From Trypethelium eluteriae (taxonomy: Eukaryota), in contig JAVECL010000109.1 of assembly GCA_051942245.1 (NCBI GenBank), positions 1 to 51,269 of the forward strand: a DNA stretch of 51,269 nucleotides, given 5' to 3'. Position numbers and translations under genes: made by a program. Under the pieces are notes generated by a model that had not been told where the DNA came from, searched no databases, and saw only the letters and a list, made by a program, of their open reading frames with translations. Of this stretch, positions 37,529-49,000 are shown piece after piece; position 1 is the stretch's first letter, and the number at the start of each line of letters is the position of its first letter.

Positions 37529-39424
37529 TTATTCATCGCTGTCGTCATCGTCATCATCCTCCTCCCTCTGCTCACGCGCTCTCTGCGGAAGGCGAACCAC
37601 AACATTGATCTGGCCATCAACATTCCCGGGTTCTAGATCCCGCTGAAATCGCCGATTGGCACGACGGCCCACCCGTTCATAACGCACGGCAGGACGATGG
37701 CCACGCCCGACCTCCCCTCGTCTCTGCAACCAGAACTCCTGCTGCGGATCCCTCCCCTCAAGATTCATCTGGTTCATCAAGGCCACCACCGCCGGAACCT
37801 CCGCCTGTCGAGGAGGCGCCGGCGCAGGAGGAGGGTGATACCACTCATCCTCCTCCCGACCATTCTCATCCACAGGCACACCTCTCACCACCGGCACCGC
37901 CTCCTCACCAGCCTCGCGCCCTTCCGCTTCATCCTCCAACACCTGCTGCTCCAACGCAAACGCTTCCTGCTCCGCCATTCTGATACCACCAAACGCCGCC
38001 CCCTGCCCATTATCGCCCTCCTCAAGCTCCCACAGCCGCATATAGCAACCCCTCCCCTTCTGCGCAAAGTGCTGGTAAGGGTTCGCGGCGTCGAGCCAGG
38101 CGGAGCAGAGGTAGCAGAAGTGGGTGCCGCACTGGAAGCAGCGCATGTGGTTGCAGCCGTGCGTCTTCTGGCACGGAGACCCGCACGTCGGGCACGGGCT
38201 CGTGTGCAGCCGGATGTACTCCATCGACGCCTGGTCTTCGGCGCTGAGGGTCGCGGCGGATTGCGCGTTCAGCGGGTGGCAGCGGGCGTATTCGCCATGC
38301 CACCCCAGGCTGCAGATGCGGCAGAAGGCGTATTGGCATAGGGAGCAGATGGCGAGCCGTTCGGAGAGAGGAGGGAGGATGTTTCTGTCGTTGTTGGTGG
38401 AGGTGGAGTTGGGGGGCTCGGTGGGCGGTTCGTCGTCTGAGGAGTCGGAGCTGTCGATGGCGGTCACGTCGGTGAGCTTGGGGTATTTTTTGGAGCGAGC
38501 GGGACCTTGGCACCATTTGCGCGGGCAATAGACGGTAGAGGAGTCGGATTCGAGCTTCTTCTTACGTTTGAGATCCACGTAGCGCCTTACCACATCTGGC
38601 TCAAGGGGGATCTGGAGTAGTTGGCTAGGGCTAAGGGTCTTTGACTTTCGACCGCGTGGCTTTTCAGCACCACAGTCAGGAGCGAGGCATTTGACGCTGC
38701 TGATGTCGCCTTCCGTAATGCAATTGTTGTAGTAATCCTGCAGACAGGAGACGCAGAAGACATGGCCGCAGCGCGCGATGCGGTGACAGCTAGCGCCTTT
38801 CTTCGGTTCGAGACAGACTCCACAGTCGAATGTCTCAGCCTCAAATTTCCGCCGCTCGGCTTGTCGATCAAAGTCGAGGAGAGCAATCTGCATCTCTTGC
38901 GGGAGGGAGAGTGGGCCGTCGACCGCCAATCCAAATGCACGCTCCGCCGACTGCTGGAGCTGGTCTATGTATGCGAAGACGACTTGCCCGTGTCCATACT
39001 CATGCCACAGGTCCAGCCCATTCCACTGTAATTTTTCTAGAGTATCCTCTGGTATCCAACGTGGCTCACTGCTCAGTAAGAATTGTGGCGCTTCATCTGC
39101 TGGATATCCCTCCGGTAGATTGACCTTAAGTTTCAGAGGAGGAAGATTCGAAATGCGGTGAATCTCCAGTGGAATGGCTGTGACTATTCGGCGCGGCTCA
39201 TTGTCAGCGGTGGAATCATGGTCTGAGGATGGTGGTGTGGGGAGTTGGTTTGGAGGGGCACCGTCAACGGTGGGGAAGATGATAGGGAGAGGCGCTTCAG
39301 GTGAGACGGGTATATCGAGATAAACGGTATATGGATTTTCCGAGTCGGTTCGAAGCTCTTCAAAAATCGCTTTTATAGAGTCTAGTTCGATATCGCGTTC
39401 ATCTTCAGTCTCAGTCTCGGCCAT
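37529..39424 (-). CDS. ITT1: RWD-RBR E3 ubiquitin ligase (Itt1/RNF14 family)
   Basis: RWD LPEGYP; RING1 CGVC..CGHVFCVSC; IBR YCPRKWC; RING2 CPTC..KTHGCNHMRC..HFCYLC; ATG at 39424. Confidence 0.88.
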   Translation of the reverse strand: MAETETEDERDIELDSIKAIFEELRTDSENPYTVYLDIPVSPEAPLPIIFPTVDGAPPNQLPTPPSSDHDSTADNEPRRIVTAIPLEIHRISNLPPLKLKVNLPEGYPADEAPQFLLSSEPRWIPEDTLEKLQWNGLDLWHEYGHGQVVFAYIDQLQQSAERAFGLAVDGPLSLPQEMQIALLDFDRQAERRKFEAETFDCGVCLEPKKGASCHRIARCGHVFCVSCLQDYYNNCITEGDISSVKCLAPDCGAEKPRGRKSKTLSPSQLLQIPLEPDVVRRYVDLKRKKKLESDSSTVYCPRKWCQGPARSKKYPKLTDVTAIDSSDSSDDEPPTEPPNSTSTNNDRNILPPLSERLAICSLCQYAFCRICSLGWHGEYARCHPLNAQSAATLSAEDQASMEYIRLHTSPCPTCGSPCQKTHGCNHMRCFQCGTHFCYLCSAWLDAANPYQHFAQKGRGCYMRLWELEEGDNGQGAAFGGIRMAEQEAFALEQQVLEDEAEGREAGEEAVPVVRGVPVDENGREEDEWYHPPPAPAPPRQAEVPAVVALMNQMNLEGRDPQQEFWLQRRGEVGRGHRPAVRYERVGRRANRRFQRDLEPGNVDGQINVVVRLPQRAREQREEDDDDDDSDE

Positions 39425-39734
39425 GTTGAGGAGGAATGGGACATTGGGCTTGCGTATAGATCCTTGCACAGTGTGACTACTGGAATATTATTACGAGGAA
39501 AAGAGGACGCTCTAGAGTACCTCTTCTGGAGAAGACACTCGAGCAAAGGAGGGTATTGAGTAGGTGTGGTGGGGTATCAAAAGTGAAGTGTGGCGGAAGA
39601 GTCACTATGTAATACTACCTGAGTCAGTGGCACAAATTGGATCATCGCTAGAGAAGAAACTTAGGACCCTGTGCTGCAGCTTGACCTCACAGCTCCTCGC
39701 CGGTTGCCAAACACTTCTTTCCATAGTGACCAAC

Positions 39735-40612
39735 ATGGAGCAACCGCCACTGGCCTCCTTGTCGTTGACGCACGTCCACTATGTACGACTCTCCTCGAAG
39801 CACCTTGAAGAATATTATGAAGATAATCTGATCATTACTAGAACCCTTACGACCGCGTCTCCTATCTTTGCGCTTGGCTCGCTCTTGTCCCCCAAGCGCT
39901 GTGTATTACATATGCAACGCTAATATGGAGCACTCGCGAGGTCGAAATACTGCTTATGTTCGTGGGACAAATGAGTTGTGAAGCGTTCAATTGGTTGTTG
40001 AAGCGCTATATCAAAGAGGAGAGACCCCGACGTAGGTTACCGCTCAAAACTTATTGAGACTCCAGAATGGAGCGTGCTTGTTTTCGCCGTATCTGAGCAT
40101 CGCTGACGCATATTTCATGCTTCATAGAAATGAATGGTAAAGGCTACGGCATGCCTTCCTCCCACGCCCAATTCCTCGCGTTCTTTTCCGTATCCCTGAC
40201 CCTCTTCCTGCTCTTCCGACATAACCCATCCTCCTCTCCGGATCACCTCCACAACCATCCCATACCCTTCCTTCACCGTGTGCTCCTCTCCCTTGGCGCC
40301 GTTGGCGCAGCTGCTGCTGTGGCCGGGTCGCGAATATATCTTAATTATCACACTCCACGCCAGGTCCTGGTGGGTTGCGCTGCAGGAGCTATTACGGCAG
40401 TGGCCTGGTTCATCGTAACCGAGTACCTGAGAAGGGCCGGATGGGTATCCTGGGCATTGGATAATGAATGGGCACGGTGGGCACGGATGCGGGATCTGGT
40501 TGTTTTCGAGGATTTGGCGGATGCTGGCTGGGCGAGATGGGAAGGCCGGAGAATTAAAAGGAGCGCCGCTGGAAGTGGTGAAATGGCTAATGGAAATAGG
40601 AAAACCCGGTAG
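39735..40612 (+). CDS. CAX4: Dolichyldiphosphatase (PAP2 family); exons ~39735-39782, 39842-40031, 40128-40612
   Basis: LSLTHVHY, LKRYIKEERP, GYGMPSSHAQF, SRIYLNYHTPRQV. Confidence 0.92.
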
Positions 40613-40691
40613 GATAAGAGAGTGAAGTCCTCACAAGATTGTTTCATGGGCCATTCCGACCGTCCGAAGTGCAATCTTGGGTCAAGATGCG

Positions 40692-42208
40692 TCACCCTTT
40701 GTCGATTGCTGCGGTCTTGTCATGTCGATGTGTGTTTGGCTGCTGAACCGTCTCTTCTGTCTCAACGCGGGAAGGACTTCCTGGTACCTCCGCTTTTCCT
40801 GGCTTCCTCTCAACCGTGCCTGTCGGGGCTTGATCTTCGTGTCCGGCTACTGAGTCGTCCTCCAAGGGATCACAGCAGAAGACTGCAAGCAATCGATCCA
40901 CAACCTCTCTCACCTTTTCCGTCTGCACATGGAGCAATTCATCTCGCATGTGCTGTCTGAAGGCAAATACAGCGCCTTTGTACGCTTGATGGTACACGAG
41001 TTTGTATGTGTCAGCTTCCGAGGGCATAGACGTGCTGTCTTTTCCTTGTACTGGCTGCGTTTCGAGTCCTGCGCTTTGTCTGCGTGAGTCTGGCTTGCGC
41101 GACCGTGAGGAGAGACCATAGAGCCGCAAGCCGGCCATGATGACGCGAGAAATAGTCTCCTTGTTGCGTTCTTCCATTAAGGACACAATTGCTGCATCAG
41201 GCATAACTGGTAGATGAGAGGCTCTCGCGCTTGCATTTGGTATGCTCGTAGAGCGTGTTCGGGAATGTCCAAGAGGTGGGCGCATAGCTCCATTCGAAAC
41301 TGCAGTTGGTGTTGATTCGTTACGATCTTGGACTTGGCTTTCAGTCGAGGGAGTTGACTGCAAGGTAGAGTCTTGCTGGGAATGCTTTGATGCAGCAAGA
41401 GCGATACTTTCACCTCCATGTCGATTGGCCTTCCTCCGCCGTTCCGTGGCTTCCTCAAACAACGAGGCGGTTCTTTTGCGTTTGAGCGCTTGATCTGAGT
41501 GCTCACTATCGAAGACGGGTACGAGAAATTGCCCCTCTATCTGTTCATCTGTATCGTCGGAAGTGTCTGCCTCTTCCTTGGTCGGTACTTCCGGTAACGG
41601 AGGATCAAGAGCCCGATACTGAATAGCCTTCAACAGGTCGGATGAGAGCGGAAGTGCATGGACGCAATATTCGCCAAATCTTGCGCGGAACGGATGTCCT
41701 GTCTGGGGAAGCGACTCTGGAAAGCGCTCAGCATCAGCGATGGGTTGCGACAGATAGAATACGATCTCCGTGGTACGGGGGTTTGCAGGCTCCACATTTT
41801 CTTCGTATTGGACACGAGTGAGAATACCAGTACAAAGTTGCTCATGCGAATTCGATAGATGTTCTTGCAATTGTTCCTCCCTAATAGGTGATTGTCTTTC
41901 TGGCGAATCGGGAGTTCCGAAGAGATAGAAAAACGTCTCAAACCATGTTGTGGTTTCAGCGATAGTAGTCCAGACGCCTAGGTTAGGGCCATTGACCATA
42001 TACAAGGGGACATAATTAACATTAATTAAACTCAAAAAATGCAAGGTTGTGCCAGACGGGAGTATTTCGTTTGCATGGTTCTGCTCGGATGTTGACAAGT
42101 GAATATCTAGCATTAATTTAGAGTCCTTCTACGTTCGTCATAAGTCGGGCAGACGATACCTCTGATTACCTCATTTCTGTGATAAATGTTCCCTGACCAA
42201 AGATCCAT
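40692..42208 (-). CDS. SLD7: Sld7-like replication initiation protein (Sld7 C-terminal domain); exons 42208-42160, 42106-40692
   Basis: C-terminal EERNKETISRVIMAGLRLYGL...YKLVYHQAYKGAVFAFR...VDRLLAVFC; a small upstream exon MDLWSGNIY joins through a 53-bp GT-AG intron. Confidence 0.72.
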
Positions 42209-42582
42209 GGTGCGAGGGGAAGCAAAAGTGTTGGGAAAACTTGGCGTGAATATCTGGAAGTTGATCTCGAGTCGTACGCGACATCTCGTGACTGCGCGAC
42301 GCGGCCAAACTCAAATTCGCGAACCAGCACGATGGGCGAATGCGTTTTCAGCGTCATTATGTACTGGTTTTCCTAACCGTCTAGCGATATAGCGGCTCTT
42401 TACAGCGGGTTTTGCTTCAGTTCCACTGCTACATATGAAGCGATTGAAGTAGGCGATGGCTCAACTTCAAAGCCCATGTAATTCCTTCAGAACACTTCGC
42501 TCAACGTACATTCGAACAGAGTCCGACCTCAATCATGATATGCAAACATCAATAACAAACTATGACCAGACGCTTCATTTCC

Positions 42583-43937
42583 TCATTCCCTCCCATTGAC
42601 CCTCCTCTCCCATTCCTCTCCGATCCTCCCCGCATCCAAAATCTCGACTCCCTTCCCCAACCCCACCGCATCACTCTCCTCATACCATCTCCTCCTTCCC
42701 ACTCCGCTATCTTCCCCCTCATCCTCCGTATCTAACAGCCCGCCAGCCTCGTCTCCGACCACTACCACTATCTGCCTCACCCAATTCCTCAAATCCAATA
42801 CGTCCCGCCCTCCTTCCCCCGCCAACGCGTCGCTCACGTACACAATCTCCAGCTCTAACGCCTTGACCATAGGTACGTAGCCGTTCGGCGTCGTAAACGG
42901 CATGATTTGGCTCTTCTTGTCAACGAGCGCTGTAGCTTGGTTGTAGAGGGCGTCAAAGAGAGGGCTCTCGTCGGGTTTGGGAGAGAGTCGCTCAAGGTCA
43001 GAGCCAGGCGTTATGGCGGGAGTAGAAATAGCGGAGTAGGAAGACGGGAGGGAGGCGTGGCTGGTGGAGGTGTTATTGTTGGGAGCGTAAATGAAGATGA
43101 AGAGATTGGTGCGCGCAGGATCGAGATGGGTGGGGAGATGGGAGAGTATCGACTAAGAAGGACGTTAGTACATGGGAGAGAGGGTTGGCAGCCAGAGGGG
43201 CGTACGGTGTGTTCGGATCGGTAAGAGTCGTTTCCAGCATTCAATTCCCCAATGCCCGATTCAGCGCTCACGACAAGCCCCACGTTCCTCCTTCTCCCAC
43301 TTCCTCGCGAAGAGCCAGATGGCTGTACCAGTGATGTCGGCCTCCCGACCGACGCATTGAAGGCGTTGGCCTGCGACTTGACAGCCTGTGTGCTTTGTTC
43401 GCTCAACGCAACTGCGCGCCGCCTCTCCTCTGTCTCCTCTGACCACCTCGAATGGTCCCCAAAGTCGTCTTTGTCTTCTTCCCTTATCGACTGCAGCGCG
43501 CCTCCTACAGCAGCTCCTGCAGCGGCCACGCCAGCAGTGATCTGCTTTCCCGCAGTATTGATGAGTTGTTGCGGAGATGGTGTCCTCCGAATGGCGCCTG
43601 ACATGCGCGCCATAAATGTGTCTTCCTCTCCCGTTCCTCGCATTTCCGAATCAGGTGGTAGGCCATACTGCGACGGCGGTCCTCCCATTGACCCTGGTGG
43701 GTAGGGACCAGGAGGTGGACCAGAGTAGCCATCTGGAGGTGGTAGACCGTAGTCCGGTCTGGGGTGATTCGAGTCGTCGTCGTCTTCGACGGAGTCGCGT
43801 CGTTCGCTCCATATCCATACTGCTAGCCCAATGGTAGCGGCGGTGACAGTAAGGACGAGAGGGACCCAGTGCCCAAGGACCGAGTGATTGGAGCGTGATT
43901 GGCGACGACGATCGAAACGGTCGTAATTATAGGACAT
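42583..43937 (-). CDS. Peroxin 22-like membrane protein of filamentous fungi; exons 43937-43206, 43152-42583
   Basis: N-terminal TM GHWVPLVLTVTAATIGLAVWIWSER, RRTPSPQQ, VGLVVSAE, SILSHLP, C-terminal VVVVGDE-GGL.DTEDE...VGLGKGVEI. Confidence 0.75.
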
Positions 43938-44845
43938 TTTCGCGATTTTCACATAGTTCGAGGTATATTGCGTAATATGGTCTGGCGGAAATACGGGGTA
44001 TAGTTGTGGGACGAAAGATGCGCGACCGAGGGATGTTTTGTTTAACGAGTTTGTTTGGGGCGGAAGAGGCTGGATTGGGGGCGGGGAGGAGACAGGGGTA
44101 TTCCGCAGTTTGCTCATCTACCACCTACGGAGTCGTGGGAATATCTTGCCACCAAATAGCATAACTGACGGAGTGGGAACAGACCATGACAACTCCGTGG
44201 AGAGTTTGCAATCCGTACCACAAAGCTTTCAGCTTTGCTATTTTCAACATTTTGAGTCGGAGTCAGTATCCTTCCCATCGTTTGCGATAGACCGACTTCC
44301 TATCCCGAACTAGCAATGAAGACCACTTGAGTCGTTGACTTCTATTTTGACTCATGGTTCCATTTTGCTTAATTTCCGAGCTTAATTCATAGAGCTATTC
44401 TTTGTGCCTTGAGACCTGGTTATCGTCTTCTTTGCATTATAATTCTCTCAAAGACTCTTGGAACAAAGCTGAACTGGCTCCAGATGCTGGGACCGCTTAG
44501 GGAGGACGTGAGTGGGCCGTGAGAGGACGTGGGCAAAGTCACAAGGAAGGCATCTAGATGGCCTTTGCGACTCACAATACTCCGGGATAGGTTCCTAGCC
44601 TCGTACCCTCCGTACCCTAACCCGAAGTTAACCCTATCCAAAGTACGTTTTCGTAGTTTTGAGATAGTTTGGGTGCTTGGAGCACTGTCTTTCCGCCCAG
44701 GTCCTGTACAGCCACCTAAGTCCTCCCTAAGCGGTCCTCCACATGCTCTAGCCCAAAGTCTGGGGGCGCACTTGGTATAAATTGGTACCCAACTACTATC
44801 ACTCTATACGTCTTGGTTTATCAGTAATAGAAAAGCCTTCTTACA

Positions 44846-45530
44846 ATGTCAGCAAAGCCCCTAATATGGATCAACGGATTTCCTGGCGTAGGCAAACTCA
44901 CCATTGCCAAAGCCCTTATCTCCCTATTGGAAAGCAACAGACCTATCTTAATCGACAACCATCAGCTGATTGACCCAGTCGCTGCCGACTTTCCACGGGA
45001 CCATCCAGATTACCAAAGTGAACGATGTCGGCAGAGAAATGTCACATTCACCGAACGTGTTGAACATCCAGACTTACAGGACCAAGTGGTCGTCTTCACC
45101 GGTAAGATCAAAATTGGGCAAGGATTCGTCCGCAGACTGCTTCATTGAGTTTTGCATGCTGATGTGCCTTTATGAAGATTTTCAATCCAATAATGAACTC
45201 GGCCGAGGGGTGGCGCGCGAATATGAAGCCGCAGCACAACGAAGTGGGCGTCCCTTCCTGCCTATTTATTTGGAATGTGAAGTCGACGAGAACGTACGAA
45301 GAGTAGCAAGTGCACAGCGTACGAATAGCGGTACAACCAAACTCTTGGACTCCGAGGTACTTAAAGGAATCCGCGTGAGATGTCACTTGTATCGATTTGA
45401 TGAGATCAAAGGCATTAGTCTTGATGTATCGTCCATAGCGCCCCAAGAAGCGGCTGAGGCGCTCTTAGAGCAGATTAACGAAATCTTGCCAAATCTTCAG
45501 AAGCACCCGAGAAACACGTTAGCTAGGTGA
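44846..45530 (+). CDS. Small P-loop NTPase/kinase-like protein (nucleotide/shikimate/chloramphenicol-phosphotransferase-like fold); exons 44846-45101, 45178-45530
   Basis: LIWINGFPGVGKLTIAKAL Walker A, LIDNHQLIDPV, PIYLECEVDENVRRVAS..R lid-like motif, LDVSSIAPQEAA; the intron gives VFT-D-FQSNN in frame. Confidence 0.82.
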
Positions 45531-46057
45531 TTACTTAGCGCTCCATGGATCTCATTGTCGTTCGATACGGTGTCGGAGGCTACATATGTGGCATGAGGCA
45601 GAGCAGGCAAACCCTTGACAGCACTGCCACAAAACGCCCACATGTCACGTTTCGTCATATCAGAGATACCGCACGCCTAATTCTCCGAACAGCAGCCCGG
45701 CAGCACGCCGTTTGTTGCAAAAACCGGAAAAAGTTATATCATGTACTTCACAAAGGATTTCTTCGGCAATGCTGAAGCCGAAGCATGACAATATGGATCA
45801 TGACCTAGTGGATCGGCATGGTCTGTTGTTTGCTCCACCGTCATCAAGCTAAGTAGCACAATATATATATGGCGCGCCGGATCTCCAGCTTCAAGAACCG
45901 AGTGAATCATTTATACTCTATCCAATCCCGTCAGTGTATCATTAAAGATCTTAGTCCTTTGCGTCAGGGCCACCAAGACTATAGGTCGGGAAATCCCGAG
46001 TGAAATTCCCTGTCGCGGTATAGCCGGATAACGTTGAGCCAATCAAAAGACTTCAGC

Positions 46058-49000
46058 ATGACTCCTAGACCCTTGCGCTGGGCAGTTGTGATCCATGGCG
46101 GCTGCACCAACACCTTGTTTGATCCTGAAGTTCAGCGAGACATTCAAGATAACCTCGCCACCATCCTTGGGACTGTTGAATTGGCTCTCAAAGAGGGTGT
46201 CCAAGCAAAAGATGTTGTTGTGAAAACAATCTCGGCCTTGGAAGATTGCCCTCTATTCAACGCTGGAAAAGGCGCCGCCTTCACACTCGATGGAGGCCAT
46301 GAGGTAAGTAGCCCAAGAGATTTCTTTCAAACACTTGTGCAGTACTGACTGGGATAAATGTAGCTCGAAGCTGGTCTTGTCGATGGCCACTCAGGCTCCT
46401 ATGGTGCTGTATCTTGCCTTACTGTGACCAAAAATCCGATTCTTGCTGCAGATGCCGTCTTATACCGTGGAAATCATTGCATGATAGCTGGAAGTGCTGC
46501 CGATGACTTGTCCAGGAAGCTTGGTCTGGAGATAGTCCCGAATACTTACTTTAGCACAATCTCTCGGCGTGCCTTCTGGGAAGCTAATATTAGGATCGGA
46601 CACCAACGCACGGCATGGGAAGCTGGTACCGTAGGTGTCATTGCCCTTGATTCACACGGCCACATTGCTGTCGGAGGCTCTACTGGTGGCATTTCCGGCA
46701 AAGATAGTGGAAGGGTTGGAGACACAGCAGTGCTCGGTGCCGGCCTTTTCGCAGACTCGAAGCTAGGTGTTGCCTGGTAAGTATTTCCTGGCAGTACCTT
46801 GCCGCGGCTGGGGGGTTCCTCAGCTGGTAATCAATACAATGTTAACTCAGTTTCATTGTTATGACCGTGTTGGCCCATGTTAAGGCGGCGTTAACATGGA
46901 CCAATAAGATCATAACAGTAAAGTCGAAATCACATTGTATTAATTACCCGTTGAGGAACCCCCCAGCCGCGGTAAGGTACTTATACCTTATCTTCTACAC
47001 CTTAATTTTCTGCTCTCTTGAATGTTGGCTCGACTCTAGCACTGCGCTTCCTCACACGAACTCGTTTTACTGACGAAATAACAGTAGCGGAGCGGGCGAC
47101 GAAATTTTTCGGCACTTGCTTGCTACCAAAGTCACAAGTCACCATTCGCACGGTCTTAGTCTTGAGGCCGCAACTCACAAAGCACTTTCGCAGATATCCC
47201 TGACGGGTAAGCCATGTGCCATTGTGGCAATGGATAAAGAGGGCATGGTATCTATTCAATCAACGAGCCGCCTTTTCTCAACGGCGTTGGGTTCTTCAAA
47301 CCAGCCTTCCACAGTACATATACACCAGGCTACCCTACCAGTACTGCCCCAGCACATTTTCTACAGTGACTCACATTTGTCTGCCGGGCTATCGCAGTTT
47401 CCAACTACACAAGGGCAATCTACGGCCGTTCTCAAGCATTCGGCGCCAAGTTTATTCTCTCTTGAACAAGCAGATTTTCTAAGAGCCATGATCACCATCA
47501 AGAGCTTGCAACAGAAGCTCCGCGCTTTCTATGGTGTAAATCGCTGCGCTCTTATTACTGAGGGAAACCACCCTATCTCAATGATTCCACTGCATGGTCT
47601 GAGCGAAGAATGGAAGCCAGTCATTGGCAATGCAAATGAATTCCACGAAGAGTTTCCTGGCTACATTACATCAAAGGATGGCCCCGAGATGGACAAGGAC
47701 CGACAGGAACAGATTGCCTTTTCGATCAGAGCCGAAATCGGCCTTGAAGAACCATTCAATTACCAGTTCCAAGGCGAGAAGCATGACAGCAATCTCTTCG
47801 CTCGGCTTGTCAGAGGTGAGCTACCTCAATCTCGCATATGGGAGACTGATGAGCATGTTGCGTTCCTGACGCCTTTTGGAAATACTCCTGGCTTTACGGT
47901 TCTTGTGCCTCGGGCTCACCTCACGAGCGACATTTTCTCCATCGATGATAATGCTTACTTGAAGCTTTTGGCTGCCGCTCACACTGTTGGCAGGCATCTA
48001 ATAAGCGCTTTCCACGTCAGTCGCTGTGGTATGATATTTGAGGGGTTTGAGATTGACTATGCTCATATCAAGCTGGTTCCAATCCACGAAACCCATCTTT
48101 TGAATGTAAAGCTAATCACCACTACTGTGGTACAGGAAGCAAGCTTTGAAGAGACTTATCAAGGATACATAACATCTCTTAACGGCCCTCTTTGCAAAGA
48201 CATTGAGTCCTTATCTGCCGATGCTTCATCAATCCGAAGAACTATTTTGAGCGCGCGAGCCAAAGCTCCACGCAGTTGGGTATCCCCAGTGGACCATGCA
48301 GCAGCTGTACTCACAGAGCCTTGGTACAGCAACTTATTTGCGGCACAAGACTCGCTTTTTCACAGCTCGGTCAACTTTTTCAAGCATCGACTCAATTACA
48401 AGTACACTTTTGTCCCAGCTACCACGGACGCAATCAGCTCACCTATGGGTCTTGGATCGGATTCTGTGCCTGTCCCCATAAACTTCCTAGGCCAAGATAC
48501 CCATCTCGCCGACTCAATGCAGTTCGCTCTGGAATACTCCCTGCGCATAGCGGATGATTCGCCCGGTGTCTACTATATTAGCACTTCATTTCGCGGAGAA
48601 GACCCTGATGCTATGCACCTTAACCAATTTCACCACGTGGAATGTGAACTCATTGGTGATTTTCAGAAGGGCATCTCCGTCGCAGAAAAGTACCTGGTCA
48701 GCGTTATCTCTGCAATGACTCGTGATCTATGCGGGCCTATCCAAATGCCGGCGGGCAGCATTGATCATCTTGACGCATTCTTGGAGCTACATCGATCAAA
48801 CAGTGGGAAGCTACCGCAAATTACAGTTGAAGAGGCCCTCAGCCTTCCACAAATGGATCACACTTGCTGGAAACATGCCGTACAAGGCGACCCAAAGCAT
48901 GGTCATTGTATCACCCGCGCCGGCGAGGTGAAACTGATCGAACATTTTGGTGGCGCTGTCTGGCTCACTGAAATGGATCATCTCAGTGTCCCGTTCTACC

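Noticed and set aside
44605..44640. ccctaaccc / taaccct telomere-like words upstream of the kinase gene
   Set aside because: Only one or two isolated units, not a tandem array
45985..46000. Small hairpin tcgggaaatcccga in the fusion gene leader
   Set aside because: Too short, and no TPP-riboswitch or tRNA consensus around it
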